Below are positions 1 to 9,847 of a stretch of 64,000 nucleotides of DNA, piece by piece. Both the position numbers and the translations under genes were made by a program. Numbering within the stretch: position 1 is the stretch's first letter; every line of letters starts with the position of its first letter. A model generated the notes under the pieces. That model ran no database searches and was not told the DNA's origin. It worked only from the letters and a program-made list of their open reading frames with translations. The DNA is taken from assembly GCA_963745155.1 (NCBI GenBank), contig CAVUWO010000003.1:114366-178365 (forward strand). Direction: 5' to 3'. The DNA comes from an uncultured Pseudomonadota bacterium. GTDB lineage: Bacteria; Pseudomonadota; Alphaproteobacteria; Rhizobiales; Xanthobacteraceae.

Positions 1-118
1 CGTCGGGCGGTGTAGCCAATTGACAGAACCTCGGCTCTCGATGAGAATAGCTGTGGTGCGAACCATCGTTCGATAATCGAACATAACCGGCCGCACGTCA
101 TCGTGCAAGTTGGCAAAT

Positions 119-157
119 TTTGCAAACCGACTTTGCAAGCCGACCTTGCAAGCTGAC
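119..157. repeat. 3 tandem copies of a 13-bp unit (tttgcaaaccgac / tttgcaagccgac / cttgcaagctgac) about 85 bp upstream of the ABC substrate-binding gene start
   Basis: Read directly from the sequence. Related half-sites tgcaa/ggcaa occur at 104-108 and 112-116. The position upstream of ATG 243 suggests an operator-like or UAS-like array. Confidence 0.6.
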
Positions 158-242
158 AGCAGCCGGTGTTCGCGCGCAGGACGCCAAATCGGCACGGCCC
201 GATCATCGGGCGACGGTGCCGAACCAAAACGGGGAGGACGGC

Positions 243-1567
243 ATGGCGCGGAAATCAAATTCGCTTCGCTTCAACCGGCGCACATTCATGAAGGCATCGG
301 CCGCAACCGGTGCCGCGCTCGCCGCGGGAGGGGTGTTCGCCCCCGCCGCGCGCGCCGCCAAGACGATCAAGATCGGCTATGTCAGCCCGCAGACCGGACC
401 GCTCGCCCCGTTCGGCGAGGCCGACAAATTCGTCACGGCGAACTTCCAGAGCTTTGCCAAGGACGGCCTCAAGATCGGCAACGCGACCTATCCGGTCGAG
501 GTCATCGTCAAGGACAGCCAGTCCAACCCCAACCGCGCGGCCGAAGTCGCCAAGGAATTGATCGTCTCCGACAAGATCGATCTGATGCTGGTCGCCTCGA
601 CGCCCGAGACCACCAATCCGGTGTCGACCCAGTGCGAGATCGAGGAAGTGCCCGTGCATCTCCACGGTCGCGCCGTGGCAGCCTTATTTCATCGGCCGGC
701 AAGCCGATCCCGGCGCGCCGCCGACCTGGAAGCCGTTCAACTACACCTATCACTTCTTCTGGGGGCTCGAGGACGTCATCGCCGTCTTCACCAACATGTG
801 GGGCCAGGTCGCGACCAACAAATCGATCGGCGGCCTGTTCCCCAATGACGGCGACGGCAACGCCTGGGGCTCGAAGCAGGTCGGCTTTCCGCCGGTGCTC
901 GACAAGCTCGGCTATAAGCTCACCGATCCCGGCCGCTATCAGAACCTCACCGACGATTTCAGCGCCCAGATCGCCGCGTTCAAGAAGGCCGACTGCGAGA
1001 TCGTCACCGGCGTGATGATTCCGCCGGACTTCACCACCTTCTGGAACCAGGCCAAGCAGCAGGGCTTCAGGCCGAAGGTCGCTTCGGTCGGCAAGGCGCT
1101 GCTGTTCCCGGTCGCGATCGAAGCGCTGGGCAAGAACGGCAACAATTTGTCCTCCGAAGTGTGGTGGACGCCGAACCATCCGTTCAAATCGTCGCTCACC
1201 GGCCAATCGGCCAAGGCGCTCGCCGACGCTTATGAAAAGGGCGACCGGCAAGCAATGGACGCAGCCGATCGGCTTCGTCCACGCCCTGTTCGAGATCGCC
1301 GTCGACGTGCTCAAGCGCAGCCATGACGTCGGCGACAACAAGGCGATCGTCGCCGCGATCGGTTCGACCAAGCTCGACACGGTCGTCGGCCACATCGAAT
1401 GGGGCAACAAGAACCTGCCGCCGTTCGCGCAGAAGAACATCGCCAAGACGCCGCTGGTCGGCGGCCAGTGGCGCATCCGCGACGGCAACAAATACGATAT
1501 CGTCATCACCGACAACAAAACCGCGCCGGAAATCCCGGCCGGCGGCAAGATGCAGCCGATCGCGTGA
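243..1567 (+). pseudogene. ABC transporter periplasmic substrate-binding protein (Leu/Ile/Val-binding family), frameshifted
   Basis: ORF pieces 120-848, 796-1326 and 1232-1567 join into one protein. A Tat-like signal NRRTFMKASAATGAALAAG follows ATG 243. The frame changes at ccc 651-653 and ggg 1239-1241. Confidence 0.85.
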
Positions 1568-1684
1568 GCGGGCGGCGCGGGCCGCGCCCGCGGTTGCGTC
1601 CGCGGCGCGGGGGGGTTTAAAAGCTTGGCGCCGGTCCCATCGGACCGGCGTTTATCTAAGGGTAGATCCAGGGTCGTCGTTTCT

Positions 1685-1813
1685 CCTCGTCATTGCGAGC
1701 CAACGGGTCCGGTCCGAAGTGGCCGGCCCGATGACTGGCTCCGCGAAGCAATCCAAGAGTCACTGCCGCTGACTCTGGATTGCTTCGTCGCTGCGCTCCT
1801 CGCAATGACGAGG
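1685..1813. repeat. REP/MITE-like nested palindromic element, copy 1 (outer arms cctcgtcattgcgag / ctcgcaatgacgagg; inner arms gaagcaatcca / tggattgcttc)
   Basis: Inverted repeats read directly from the sequence. The same family occurs at 21334-21429 and 33107-33192. This copy sits between the substrate-binding gene and the first ATPase gene. Confidence 0.85.
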
Positions 1814-1857
1814 AAAACGCGCCCGAGCTCGACCTAAAACTCCACGAAGGCGTAAGC

Positions 1858-2574
1858 GTGATCCTGAAACTCGACAATCTGACGCGCTCGTTCGGCTCGC
1901 TCAAGGCGGTCGACGGCGTTCATCTCGAACTCGCTCCCGGCGAAGCGCTCGGCATCATCGGCCCGAACGGCGCCGGCAAATCGACGCTGTTCAATCTCGT
2001 CACCGGCCTCATCCGGCCCGACGACGGTGCGGTCCATTTCGACGGCCGCGACATCACGCACGCGCCGCCGCGCGCGCGCTGCATCGCCGGCATCGGCCGC
2101 TCGTTCCAAATTCCGCGTCCGTTCGAGAACCTCACCGTGTTCGAGAACCTGCTGGTCGCCGGGATCCATGGTCGCGGCCAGCGCGAGGCGCAGGTGATCG
2201 AGGCCTGCGGCGACATTCTCGAACGGACCGGCCTCATCGCCCTTGCCAACCGCCGTGCCGGCACGCTCAACCTGTTAGGCCGCAAGCGCCTCGAGCTGGC
2301 GCGCGCGCTCGCCAGCGCCCCGCGGCTTCTCCTCCTCGACGAAATCGCCGGCGGCCTGACCGAAGCCGAATGCGGCGAACTCGTCGAACTCATCACGGCG
2401 ATCAAGAACTCTGGCGTGACCATCGTGTGGATCGAGCATATCGTCCATGCGCTCGTCGCCGTGGTGTCGCGGTTGATGGTGCTCAATTTCGGCCGCAAGA
2501 TCGTCGACGGCGAGCCCCGCGCGGTGATGGCCTCGAACGAGGTCCGGCAGATCTATATGGGCATTGCGGCGTGA
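1858..2574 (+). CDS. branched-chain amino acid ABC transporter ATP-binding protein (LivG-like)
   Basis: Walker A motif GPNGAGKST and the typical start ILKLDNLTRSFG. I chose GTG 1858, preceded by gaagg, because the longer ORF from 1780 begins inside the repeat element. Confidence 0.85.
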   Translation: MILKLDNLTRSFGSLKAVDGVHLELAPGEALGIIGPNGAGKSTLFNLVTGLIRPDDGAVHFDGRDITHAPPRARCIAGIGRSFQIPRPFENLTVFENLLVAGIHGRGQREAQVIEACGDILERTGLIALANRRAGTLNLLGRKRLELARALASAPRLLLLDEIAGGLTEAECGELVELITAIKNSGVTIVWIEHIVHALVAVVSRLMVLNFGRKIVDGEPRAVMASNEVRQIYMGIAA

Positions 2575-2600
2575 GGCGGTTGGACGTTGGCCGGTTGAAC

Positions 2601-3302
2601 ATGGCGCTGCTCGAGACCGATGCGCTCACCGCCTTCTACGGCGACTTCCAGGCGCTGTTCGGCATCTCCTTCGCCATCGACGCCGGCGAAACCGTCGCCA
2701 TCATCGGCGCCAACGGCGCGGGCAAATCCACTTTTTTGAAATCGCTCGCCGGCCTGTTGCCGCGCCCGGCCGCCGCGGTACGGCTCGACGGCCGCGACAT
2801 CGGCGCGCTGCCGGCCTATGACGTCGTCAAGCTCGGTGTCGCGCTGGTACCGGAGGGCCGCCGGCTGTTTCGTTCGCTTTCGGTCGAGGAGAATCTTCTG
2901 GTCGGCGCCTACGGCCGCCGTGGCGACGGGCCGTGGGATCTCGACGCGGTCTATCACCTCTTTCCGGTACTGCGCGAACGGCGCGGCACGCCGTCGACGG
3001 CGCTTTCCGGCGGGCAGCAGCAGATGGTCGCGATCGGCCGCAGCCTGATGTCGAACCCGCGCATTCTCCTGTGCGACGAACTGAGCCTGGGCTTGGCGCC
3101 GATCGTCATCCGCGACATCTATGCGGCGCTCGCCGACATCAAGGCGCGCGGCACCAGCGTCGTTCTGGTCGAGCAGGATCTCGCCCACGCCATGGCGGTC
3201 GCCGACCGCGCCTATTGCTTTCAGGAGGGCCGCGTCAGCCTGACCGGCCGCCCCAAGGACCTCACCCGCGACGCCATTCACGCCGCCTATTTCGGATTAT
3301 AA
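2601..3302 (+). CDS. branched-chain amino acid ABC transporter ATP-binding protein (LivF-like)
   Basis: Walker A GANGAGKST, signature LSGGQQQM and Walker B ILLCDE. ATG 2601 gives the typical N-terminus MALLETDALTAFYG. Confidence 0.9.
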   Translation: MALLETDALTAFYGDFQALFGISFAIDAGETVAIIGANGAGKSTFLKSLAGLLPRPAAAVRLDGRDIGALPAYDVVKLGVALVPEGRRLFRSLSVEENLLVGAYGRRGDGPWDLDAVYHLFPVLRERRGTPSTALSGGQQQMVAIGRSLMSNPRILLCDELSLGLAPIVIRDIYAALADIKARGTSVVLVEQDLAHAMAVADRAYCFQEGRVSLTGRPKDLTRDAIHAAYFGL

Positions 3303-3306
3303 AAGC

Positions 3307-4173
3307 ATGCTCGGCTGGGTCGACACGCTGCTGCAAGGGGTGCTGCTCGGCGGGCTCTATTCGCTCTACGCCACCGGCCTCTCGGTCATTTTCGGCATCA
3401 TGCGGCTCGTCAATCTGGCGCACGGCGACCTGATCGTGCTTGCCGCGTTCGTGATGCTCGCCTTGACCGGCGTCGGCGTGCCGCTTTGGCTCGCGGTCGC
3501 GATCGTCATCCCGCTGATGTTCGGCGCCGGCTACGCGCTGCAGTCGGCGCTGCTCAACCGCGCGCTCGGCCGCAACATATTGCCGCCTCTCTTGATCACC
3601 TTCGGCCTGTCGATCATCGTGCAGAACGGCCTCCTGGAATCGTTCTCCGCCGACACCCGCCGCCTCGACGTCGGTCCGGTGCAGAGCGCCTCGCTGCCGC
3701 TCGGCGGCGGCATCGCGATCGGCGTGATGCCGCTCATTTGCCTCGGCGCGGCGATTGCCGTGATCGTGCTGCTCAACAGCGTGTTCTACCGCACCGCGCT
3801 CGGCCGCGCCTTCCGCGCCACTTCCGACGACGTCGAGATCGCGCAGCTCATGGGCATCAACAACAAGACGATCTACGCGCTGACCATGGCCATCGCGCTC
3901 GCCGTCTGCGCCGTCGCCGGCTACTTCCTCGGCGCGCGGGCCGGCTTCGATCCGAGCGTCGGCCCGGCGCGGCTCCTTTACGCCTTCGAGGCCGTCATCA
4001 TCGGCGGCCTCGGCAGCCTATGGGGCACGCTCGCCGGCGGCATCGTCGTCGGCGTCGCCCAGACCGTCGGCGCCCACATCAATCCCGAATGGCAGATTCT
4101 CTCCGGCCATGTCGCGTTTCTGATCGTGCTGGTGATACGGCCGCGCGGCTTGTTTCCGCGCGCGGTCGATTGA
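3307..4173 (+). CDS. branched-chain amino acid ABC transporter permease (LivH-like)
   Basis: 288-aa polytopic membrane protein. The start LLQGVLLGGLYSLYATGLSVIFG and the motif NLAHGD are typical of LivH. Confidence 0.9.
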   Translation: MLGWVDTLLQGVLLGGLYSLYATGLSVIFGIMRLVNLAHGDLIVLAAFVMLALTGVGVPLWLAVAIVIPLMFGAGYALQSALLNRALGRNILPPLLITFGLSIIVQNGLLESFSADTRRLDVGPVQSASLPLGGGIAIGVMPLICLGAAIAVIVLLNSVFYRTALGRAFRATSDDVEIAQLMGINNKTIYALTMAIALAVCAVAGYFLGARAGFDPSVGPARLLYAFEAVIIGGLGSLWGTLAGGIVVGVAQTVGAHINPEWQILSGHVAFLIVLVIRPRGLFPRAVD

Positions 4174-4221
4174 GCGTCGCCGCCATGGCCGTGGACCAAA
4201 CAAACTTGACGCCGCTCGGGC

Positions 4222-5403
4222 TTGCGTTTGCGCGCCGCCTTGCGTCGGGGCGCGAGCCTGATCCGCGCGGGCGCCGACCGGGCCGGCAAGGCGGCGGCCG
4301 GCTTCAATCGCGCCGGCTTCGGCAAGATCCATCATCGCCCGGCGCGCTTCACCGTGACCACGGCGACGCGGGAATCGACGCTCACCGCTCTCCTTGCGGG
4401 CTTGGCCGTCGCCGTGCTGATCGCGCTGCCGAGCTTCGCCAGCCGCGGTCTGCTGCAGGAGTTGTTCTACGTCTTCACCATGCTCGCGCTGGCGCAACTG
4501 TGGAATCTGCTGGCCGGATGCGCCGGCCTGATTTCCGTCGGCCAGCAGGCCTTCGTCGGCATCGGCGCCTATGCACTGTTCGCCTTTACTTTGATGGCCG
4601 GCCTCGAACCGGCGCTCGCGATCATCCTTTCCGGCCTAGTCGCCGGCGTCGTCGCCATTCCGGCGGCGCTGATCGTGTTCCGCCTGCGCGGCGCCTATTT
4701 CGCCATCGGCACCTGGGTCGTCGCCGAGGTCTGCCGGCTCATCCTGGCGCAGGTCAAGCAATTGGGCGGCGGCACCGGCACCTCGCTACCGCCCGACATC
4801 GTCAATTCCGTCATCGGGCTGCACTTCGTGCGCGATCTCTTCCATGTGCGCGGCCCCGCGGCGCGCGACATGCTGTCCTACTGGCTCGCGCTCGCGCTCG
4901 CGGTCGGCGCCTTCCTCCTGGTCTACAGGCTGCTGCGCTCGCGCTACGGCCTCGCGCTCTCCGCCATCGGCGACGCCGAGGAAGCGGCCGAAAGCACCGG
5001 CGTCGACGTGTTCCGCACCAAGCTCGCGATCTACGTCCTCGTCGCCGTCGCGACCGGCATGGTCGGCGCGCTCATCTTCCTGCAGAAGGCGCGCATTTCC
5101 CCGGACGCGGCGTTTTCGCTGATCGACTGGACCGCCTATGTCATCTTCAGCGTCGTCATCGGCGGCATCGGCACCATGGAAGGTCCGATCATCGGCGTCG
5201 CCGTCTTCTATCTGCTGCAGGATTATCTCGCCACGCTCGGCTCGTGGTACCTGATCATCCTGGGCGGCCTCGCCATCGTGCTCATGGTGTTCGCGCCCGA
5301 GGGCGTGTGGGGCGTTATTGCCCACCGCTTCAATGTGAGCCTGTTCCCGGTGCGGCGCCGGCTGATCGTGGCGACGGCCACAGCGGACGAACCCAAGACG
5401 TGA
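4222..5403 (+). CDS. branched-chain amino acid ABC transporter permease (LivM-like); start uncertain (GTG 4354 is plausible)
   Basis: The motifs NLLAGCAGLISVGQQAFVGIGAY and YFAIGTW are typical of LivM. The N-terminal 40-45 aa of the ORF look non-native. Confidence 0.8.
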   Translation: MRLRAALRRGASLIRAGADRAGKAAAGFNRAGFGKIHHRPARFTVTTATRESTLTALLAGLAVAVLIALPSFASRGLLQELFYVFTMLALAQLWNLLAGCAGLISVGQQAFVGIGAYALFAFTLMAGLEPALAIILSGLVAGVVAIPAALIVFRLRGAYFAIGTWVVAEVCRLILAQVKQLGGGTGTSLPPDIVNSVIGLHFVRDLFHVRGPAARDMLSYWLALALAVGAFLLVYRLLRSRYGLALSAIGDAEEAAESTGVDVFRTKLAIYVLVAVATGMVGALIFLQKARISPDAAFSLIDWTAYVIFSVVIGGIGTMEGPIIGVAVFYLLQDYLATLGSWYLIILGGLAIVLMVFAPEGVWGVIAHRFNVSLFPVRRRLIVATATADEPKT

Positions 5404-5502
5404 TAGGCATGCGCCGGCGCCTACAATCGCCATGCTATAGCTAGGCCGTTGACGCCGCACCGAGGCAATGGATTTCGCCCGCGACACTGACGAGGACCGA
5501 CA

Positions 5503-6757
5503 ATGAAATATAATCGACCGCAAGCCACCGCCTCCTGGGGCATGATGGCCAAGGACTGGGAGAGAGGCATCGATTACGATCGCCTGCACAAGGAGCGCGT
5601 CAAGCGCGCCCAGGAAGCCATCCGCCATGCCGGCCTCGGCGCCGTGCTCGCCTTCAACTTCGACAATATCCGCTACATCACCGGCACCCATATCGGCGAA
5701 TGGGCGCGCGACAAGTTCATGCGCTATGCGCTGTGCCCGGTGGTGGGCGAGCCGATACTGTGGGACCCGGCCGCGCCGGCCAAGCGCATTTCCTCGCCCT
5801 GGGTCGCCGACAATGTCGCCGCGCCGATCTCGACCATGCAGGGCGGCCTGCCGCTGCAGCTCAACATCCAGGGCGATTTCGCCAAGCAGATCAAGAAAGT
5901 GCTGGTCAAGCTCGGCATCGACAAGGAGCCGCTCGGCATCGACATGATGGAATTGCCGATGCTGCGCGCGCTCGAGAAGGAAGGCATCGAGGTCGTCGAC
6001 GGCCAGCAGGCCATGCTCGACGCCCGCGAGGTCAAGACCCCCGACGAGATCGAGCTTCTGAAAATGGCCTGCGCCATGGTCGACGCGACCTATGTCGACA
6101 TCGCCCGCGCCATCCGCCCCGGCACCAAAGAGAACGAACTGGTCGCCATCGCCAACGACCGGCTGTTCCGCATGGGCTCCGAGCGGGTCGAGTGCGTCAA
6201 CTCGGTGTCGGGCCAGCGCGGCCGGCCGCATTCGCACACCTTCTCCGACCGCATGATCCAGCCGGGCGACATGGTGTTCCTCGACATCATGCATTCGTTC
6301 AACGGCTACCGCACCTGCTACTACCGCACCTTCATCTGCGGCGAGCCGAACAAATATCAGATCGACGCCTACGAGACCGCGTCGAAATGGATCTCCGCCT
6401 CGATCGATCTGATCCGCCCCGGCATCACGCCCGACCAGGTGGCGCAGGTGTGGCCGGACGCGCAGGAGTTCGGCTACCGCGACGAAGCCGAGGCGTTCCT
6501 GCTTGCAATACGGCCACGGCGTCGGCCTGTCGCTGTGGGAGCGCCCGATCATCTCCAAGCGCTACACCGGTCAGAACACCCCGCTCAAGGAGGGCATGGT
6601 GTTCGCGCTCGAGACCTGGAAGGGCGCCGAAGACGGCTCCGGCGCCGCCCGCATCGAGGAGGAAGTCGTGGTGACCAAGGACGGCTGTCAGATCATCACG
6701 AACTTCCCCTCGCACAAGCTGATCTCGTGCGGGCTACCCGGCTGCGACGTGTGGTGA
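5503..6757 (+). pseudogene. M24-family metallopeptidase (creatinase / Xaa-Pro dipeptidase-like), frameshifted
   Basis: The ORF from 5503 continues in ORF 6503-6757 (QYGHGVGLSLWERP ... EEVVVTKDG). The frame changes near 6503. Confidence 0.75.
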
Positions 6758-6763
6758 CGGCTC

Positions 6764-6844
6764 GTAGGGCGGGTCAGCCGCGCAGCGGCGTGACCCGCCA
6801 CCCTCGCGACGATCGGCGGATTACGCTTCGCTAATCCGCCCTAC
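6764..6844. repeat. Nested GC-rich palindromes (gggcgggtca..tgacccgcc and ggcggatta..taatccgcc, enclosed by gtagggcgg..ccgccctac); REP-like and probably a terminator
   Basis: Complementary arms read directly from the sequence. The element lies in the 93-bp gap between the M24 gene and the GMC oxidoreductase gene. Confidence 0.6.
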
Positions 6845-6850
6845 CAAGGG

Positions 6851-8536
6851 ATGCCCGCCGTGATCTACGACACCATCATCGTCGGCGGCGGCTCGGCCGG
6901 CTGCGTGCTCGCGAGCCGTCTCAGCGAAGGCGGCAAAGCGCAAGTGCTCCTCATCGAGGCCGGGCGGGACACGCCGCCCGGCGAAGAACCCTGGGACATT
7001 CGCGACGCTTATTATTCGGCGTATTTCCAGCCGGACTATTTCTGGCCCGATCTGCAGGTCTATCCGCGCGCGGCGGGCGCGGGCGCGCCGGCGCGGTATT
7101 ATGAGCAAGCGCGCGTGATCGGCGGCGGCTCCGCCATCAATGCCATGGTCGCCTTGCGCGGCCTGCCGGGCGACTACGACGAATGGGCGCAAATGGGGGC
7201 GCGCGGCTGGGCCTGGGCCGACGTGCTGCCGTATTTCCTCAAGCTCGAAAACGATCACGACATCGACGGGCCGCTGCACGGCAAAGCGGGACCGATCGCG
7301 GTCGGCCGCGTGCCGCGCCAGGACTGGCCGGGCTTTGCCCGCGCCGTCGCCACCGCGGCCGCGGCGCGCGGCTTCGACTATGTCGCCGACATGAACGGCG
7401 ACGTGCGCAACGGTTTTTGCTCGGTGCCGACCACCAGCACGGCGGCGAACCGCGTATCCGCCGCCATGGCTTATCTGACGGCGGAGGTACGGCGGCGGCC
7501 GAACCTGCGGATTCTGTCGGACGCTTTCGTCGAGGCGCTGTTGTTGGAAGGCCGCCGCGTCACCGGCGTGCGCATCCGGCAAGGGGAGCAAAGCGTCGAC
7601 TATCACGGCAGCGAAATCATCGTCGCCGCCGGGGCTTTGCACTCGCCCGCAATTTTGCAGCGCGCCGGCGTCGGTCCCGCGCAGCATTTGCAACAGCTCG
7701 GCATTACCGTCATCGCCGACCGGCCGGGCGTCGGCGCCAACCTGCAGGATCACCCGTGCGTCTCGGTCGGTTGTTATCTGCGGCCCGAAGGCCGCCAACC
7801 GCACAGGCTCAGCCGCGGCCAGATCCTGTCGCTGCGCTACGATTCCGGCATCGAAGGCTGCGCCACATCCGACATGTATTGGGCGGTGCCGAACCGAATC
7901 TCCTGGCACCGGCTCGGCCGCGCGCTCGGCGCCATCGTCGTCTGCGTCTACAAACCTTATTCGCGCGGCCGTTTGCAGATCGTCTCGGCCGACGCGCGCG
8001 CCGAGGCGCGGATCGAATGCAATCTCTTGTCCGACGCCCGTGACCTCGCGCGCCTGATGCAAGGTGTCGGCATGGCCGGCGAGGTGCTGGCGCATCCAAG
8101 CGTCCGCGCCGTGGCCGCCGACGTCTTCCCCGCGCGCTACACGCCGCGCGTCCGCGCGCTCAATCGCCGCTCCGCCCGCAATCGCCTGCTGGCGACGGCT
8201 GGATCGGTGCTGATGGAGAGCTCCGCGAGCCTGCGCAAATGGCTTCTGAAAAACCACGTCAGCCCCGGACCGGACCTCGACGCGCTGGTCGCCGACACAG
8301 CGCTGCTGCGCGATTGGGTCAGCGCCGGCGCGATTCCGTTCTATCATCCGTCCGGCACCTGCCGGATGGGGGATGCCGCCGACCCTATGACCGTCGTCGA
8401 CAATCAGTGCCGCGTCATCGGCGTCGACGGCCTGCGCGTCGCCGACGCTTCCATCATGCCGTCGGTGCCGCGCGCCAACACCAACTTGCCTGTGATCATG
8501 ATCGCGGAAAAATTATCCGCGATGCTACGCGCGTAA
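6851..8536 (+). CDS. GMC-family FAD oxidoreductase (choline dehydrogenase-like)
   Basis: N-terminal FAD fold YDTIIVGGGSAGCVLASRLSE. The C-terminal region HPSGTCRMG...VDGLRVADASIMP is typical of the GMC family. Confidence 0.9.
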   Translation: MPAVIYDTIIVGGGSAGCVLASRLSEGGKAQVLLIEAGRDTPPGEEPWDIRDAYYSAYFQPDYFWPDLQVYPRAAGAGAPARYYEQARVIGGGSAINAMVALRGLPGDYDEWAQMGARGWAWADVLPYFLKLENDHDIDGPLHGKAGPIAVGRVPRQDWPGFARAVATAAAARGFDYVADMNGDVRNGFCSVPTTSTAANRVSAAMAYLTAEVRRRPNLRILSDAFVEALLLEGRRVTGVRIRQGEQSVDYHGSEIIVAAGALHSPAILQRAGVGPAQHLQQLGITVIADRPGVGANLQDHPCVSVGCYLRPEGRQPHRLSRGQILSLRYDSGIEGCATSDMYWAVPNRISWHRLGRALGAIVVCVYKPYSRGRLQIVSADARAEARIECNLLSDARDLARLMQGVGMAGEVLAHPSVRAVAADVFPARYTPRVRALNRRSARNRLLATAGSVLMESSASLRKWLLKNHVSPGPDLDALVADTALLRDWVSAGAIPFYHPSGTCRMGDAADPMTVVDNQCRVIGVDGLRVADASIMPSVPRANTNLPVIMIAEKLSAMLRA

Positions 8537-8577
8537 ATGCGTAGGGCTACGGGCTCCCGATCCGTATCGAGGCCCGT

Positions 8578-9009
8578 TTAGTCGTTGGCGCGAACGCGCT
8601 GGGGCTGATGACGCTTCGCACGTTGCGTAGCCTTGCCAGGCGAGGCCGTGGTCTTACGCCAGACGTGGCGTTTGGAAGTGGGCGTGGGAGCGCCAATGTC
8701 CAAGGCTTCGCCGAGCGACGACAATTCGGCGATACCGTCGGGAAACTCAGCCACCAACCGCAGCGATCCACCCATAGCTTCGATGTAGCTTCGGAGCGTC
8801 GAGAGCAGCATGTCGCTTCGGTTCTCGATCTTTGAAATACCAGCTTGGTCAATGTGAAGCAGCTTGGCCATGCTTTCCTGCGTAAGATCGCGCGCGCGCC
8901 GGAGATGGCGGAGTGCCGTCTCCTCAGCTATAAGCTTCCGGGTACGCGCCGTGACCTTCGTGCGCCGCTCGGCCGGCAGATCGTCGATGATCTGATCAAG
9001 GGTTCGCAT
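8578..9009 (-). CDS. XRE-family HTH antitoxin (HigA-like)
   Basis: HTH segment LTQESMAKLLHIDQAGISKIENR. It lies 3 nt downstream of the toxin gene in a toxin-first, HigBA-like order. Confidence 0.75.
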   Translation of the reverse strand: MRTLDQIIDDLPAERRTKVTARTRKLIAEETALRHLRRARDLTQESMAKLLHIDQAGISKIENRSDMLLSTLRSYIEAMGGSLRLVAEFPDGIAELSSLGEALDIGAPTPTSKRHVWRKTTASPGKATQRAKRHQPQRVRAND

Positions 9010-9012
9010 GGC

Positions 9013-9390
9013 TCACCTCTTCTTTTTCACGACGGTAGGACGTTTCAGACGTGCCACATGGGCGGTGAATCGGCGATCAGCGATCCCGATCAGTTCCTTG
9101 TAAAACGCGCCCTGGTCCGCGCCTTGTTTATCGCCCCCGACGAGTACGACAGCTTGCCGTTTGGGGTCGAAGGCAAAAGCGAAACGCCAAACCCCGTCAT
9201 CAGCATTGAACCGTAGCTCCTTCATATTCGGAAAGGACGACCCCTTGAGGGTATCGACGGTGGGGCGTCCCAGTGAAGGCCCAAATTGGGCCAATACTCC
9301 AAGACGAGCCAAAAGTTCATTTTGGACATCTTCGGGCAATCGGCCGAACTCGGCCTCAAAGTCCGAATGAAAGAGCACGGTCCATGCCAT
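9013..9390 (-). CDS. type II toxin, RelE/ParE superfamily (HigB / Gp49-like)
   Basis: 125-aa protein. The segment ELRFNADDGVWRFAFAFDPKRQAVVLVGGDK is typical of Gp49/HigB-type toxins. It is paired with the HTH antitoxin. Confidence 0.7.
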   Translation of the reverse strand: MAWTVLFHSDFEAEFGRLPEDVQNELLARLGVLAQFGPSLGRPTVDTLKGSSFPNMKELRFNADDGVWRFAFAFDPKRQAVVLVGGDKQGADQGAFYKELIGIADRRFTAHVARLKRPTVVKKKR

Positions 9391-9548
9391 GCGGCGGACA
9401 ATGCTCTAGAGTGCATATGGTTTCAAGTGCATAAAATGGGGAGTGTCTTGAAAATTTCAAAGGCGCAAATCCCCGGGGTATAGATCCCGCATATCGGACA
9501 ATTGTCGGACTTCGGCGGCGCGCCGGTAACCAACCCGATTGGAACCAA

Positions 9549-9624
9549 TGGCGCGCCCTACGGGACTCGAACCCGTGTTACCGCCGTGAAAGGGCGGTGT
9601 CCTAGACCGCTAGACGAAGGGCGC
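9549..9624 (-). tRNA. tRNA-Glu (anticodon UUC)
   Basis: The reverse complement GCGCCCTTCGTCTAGCGGTCTAGGACACCGCCCTTTCACGGCGGTAACACGGGTTCGAGTCCCGTAGGGCGCGCCA folds as a cloverleaf with a 7-bp acceptor stem, anticodon loop CTTTCAC and an encoded CCA. Confidence 0.95.
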
Positions 9625-9757
9625 GTGTCGCGCGCAAAGGCGCGATCGGTAAGGCGCGCGACATATAAAGGTGTTCGCCGGGGAGCGCAATCGCCTCACG
9701 CCTGACGGGCGAGAGGGGTTAAGGCGCCGCGGTGCATGGCGTTTTTTCGAAAGGCAC

Positions 9758-9787
9758 GCCCGCCGCCGATCACATCCGGCGGCGGGC
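9758..9787 (-). terminator. 11-bp perfect GC hairpin (gcccgccgccg-N8-cggcggcgggc) downstream of gloA
   Basis: Stem read directly from the sequence, about 60 nt past the gloA stop. The trailing T-tract on the minus strand is weak. Confidence 0.35.
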
Positions 9788-9847
9788 GCTTGGCCGATCA
9801 GGCTCCGGCGGCGCGGGCTGCGGCGGGAGCGGGGAAAAGCGGGCAGC

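Noticed and set aside
8547-8556. Direct repeat of the tRNA-Glu 3' end as a firm att site for the HigBA insertion.
   Set aside because: Only about 10 nt match and the match is imperfect, so it could easily occur by chance in GC-rich DNA. I mention it only as weak support in the related finding.
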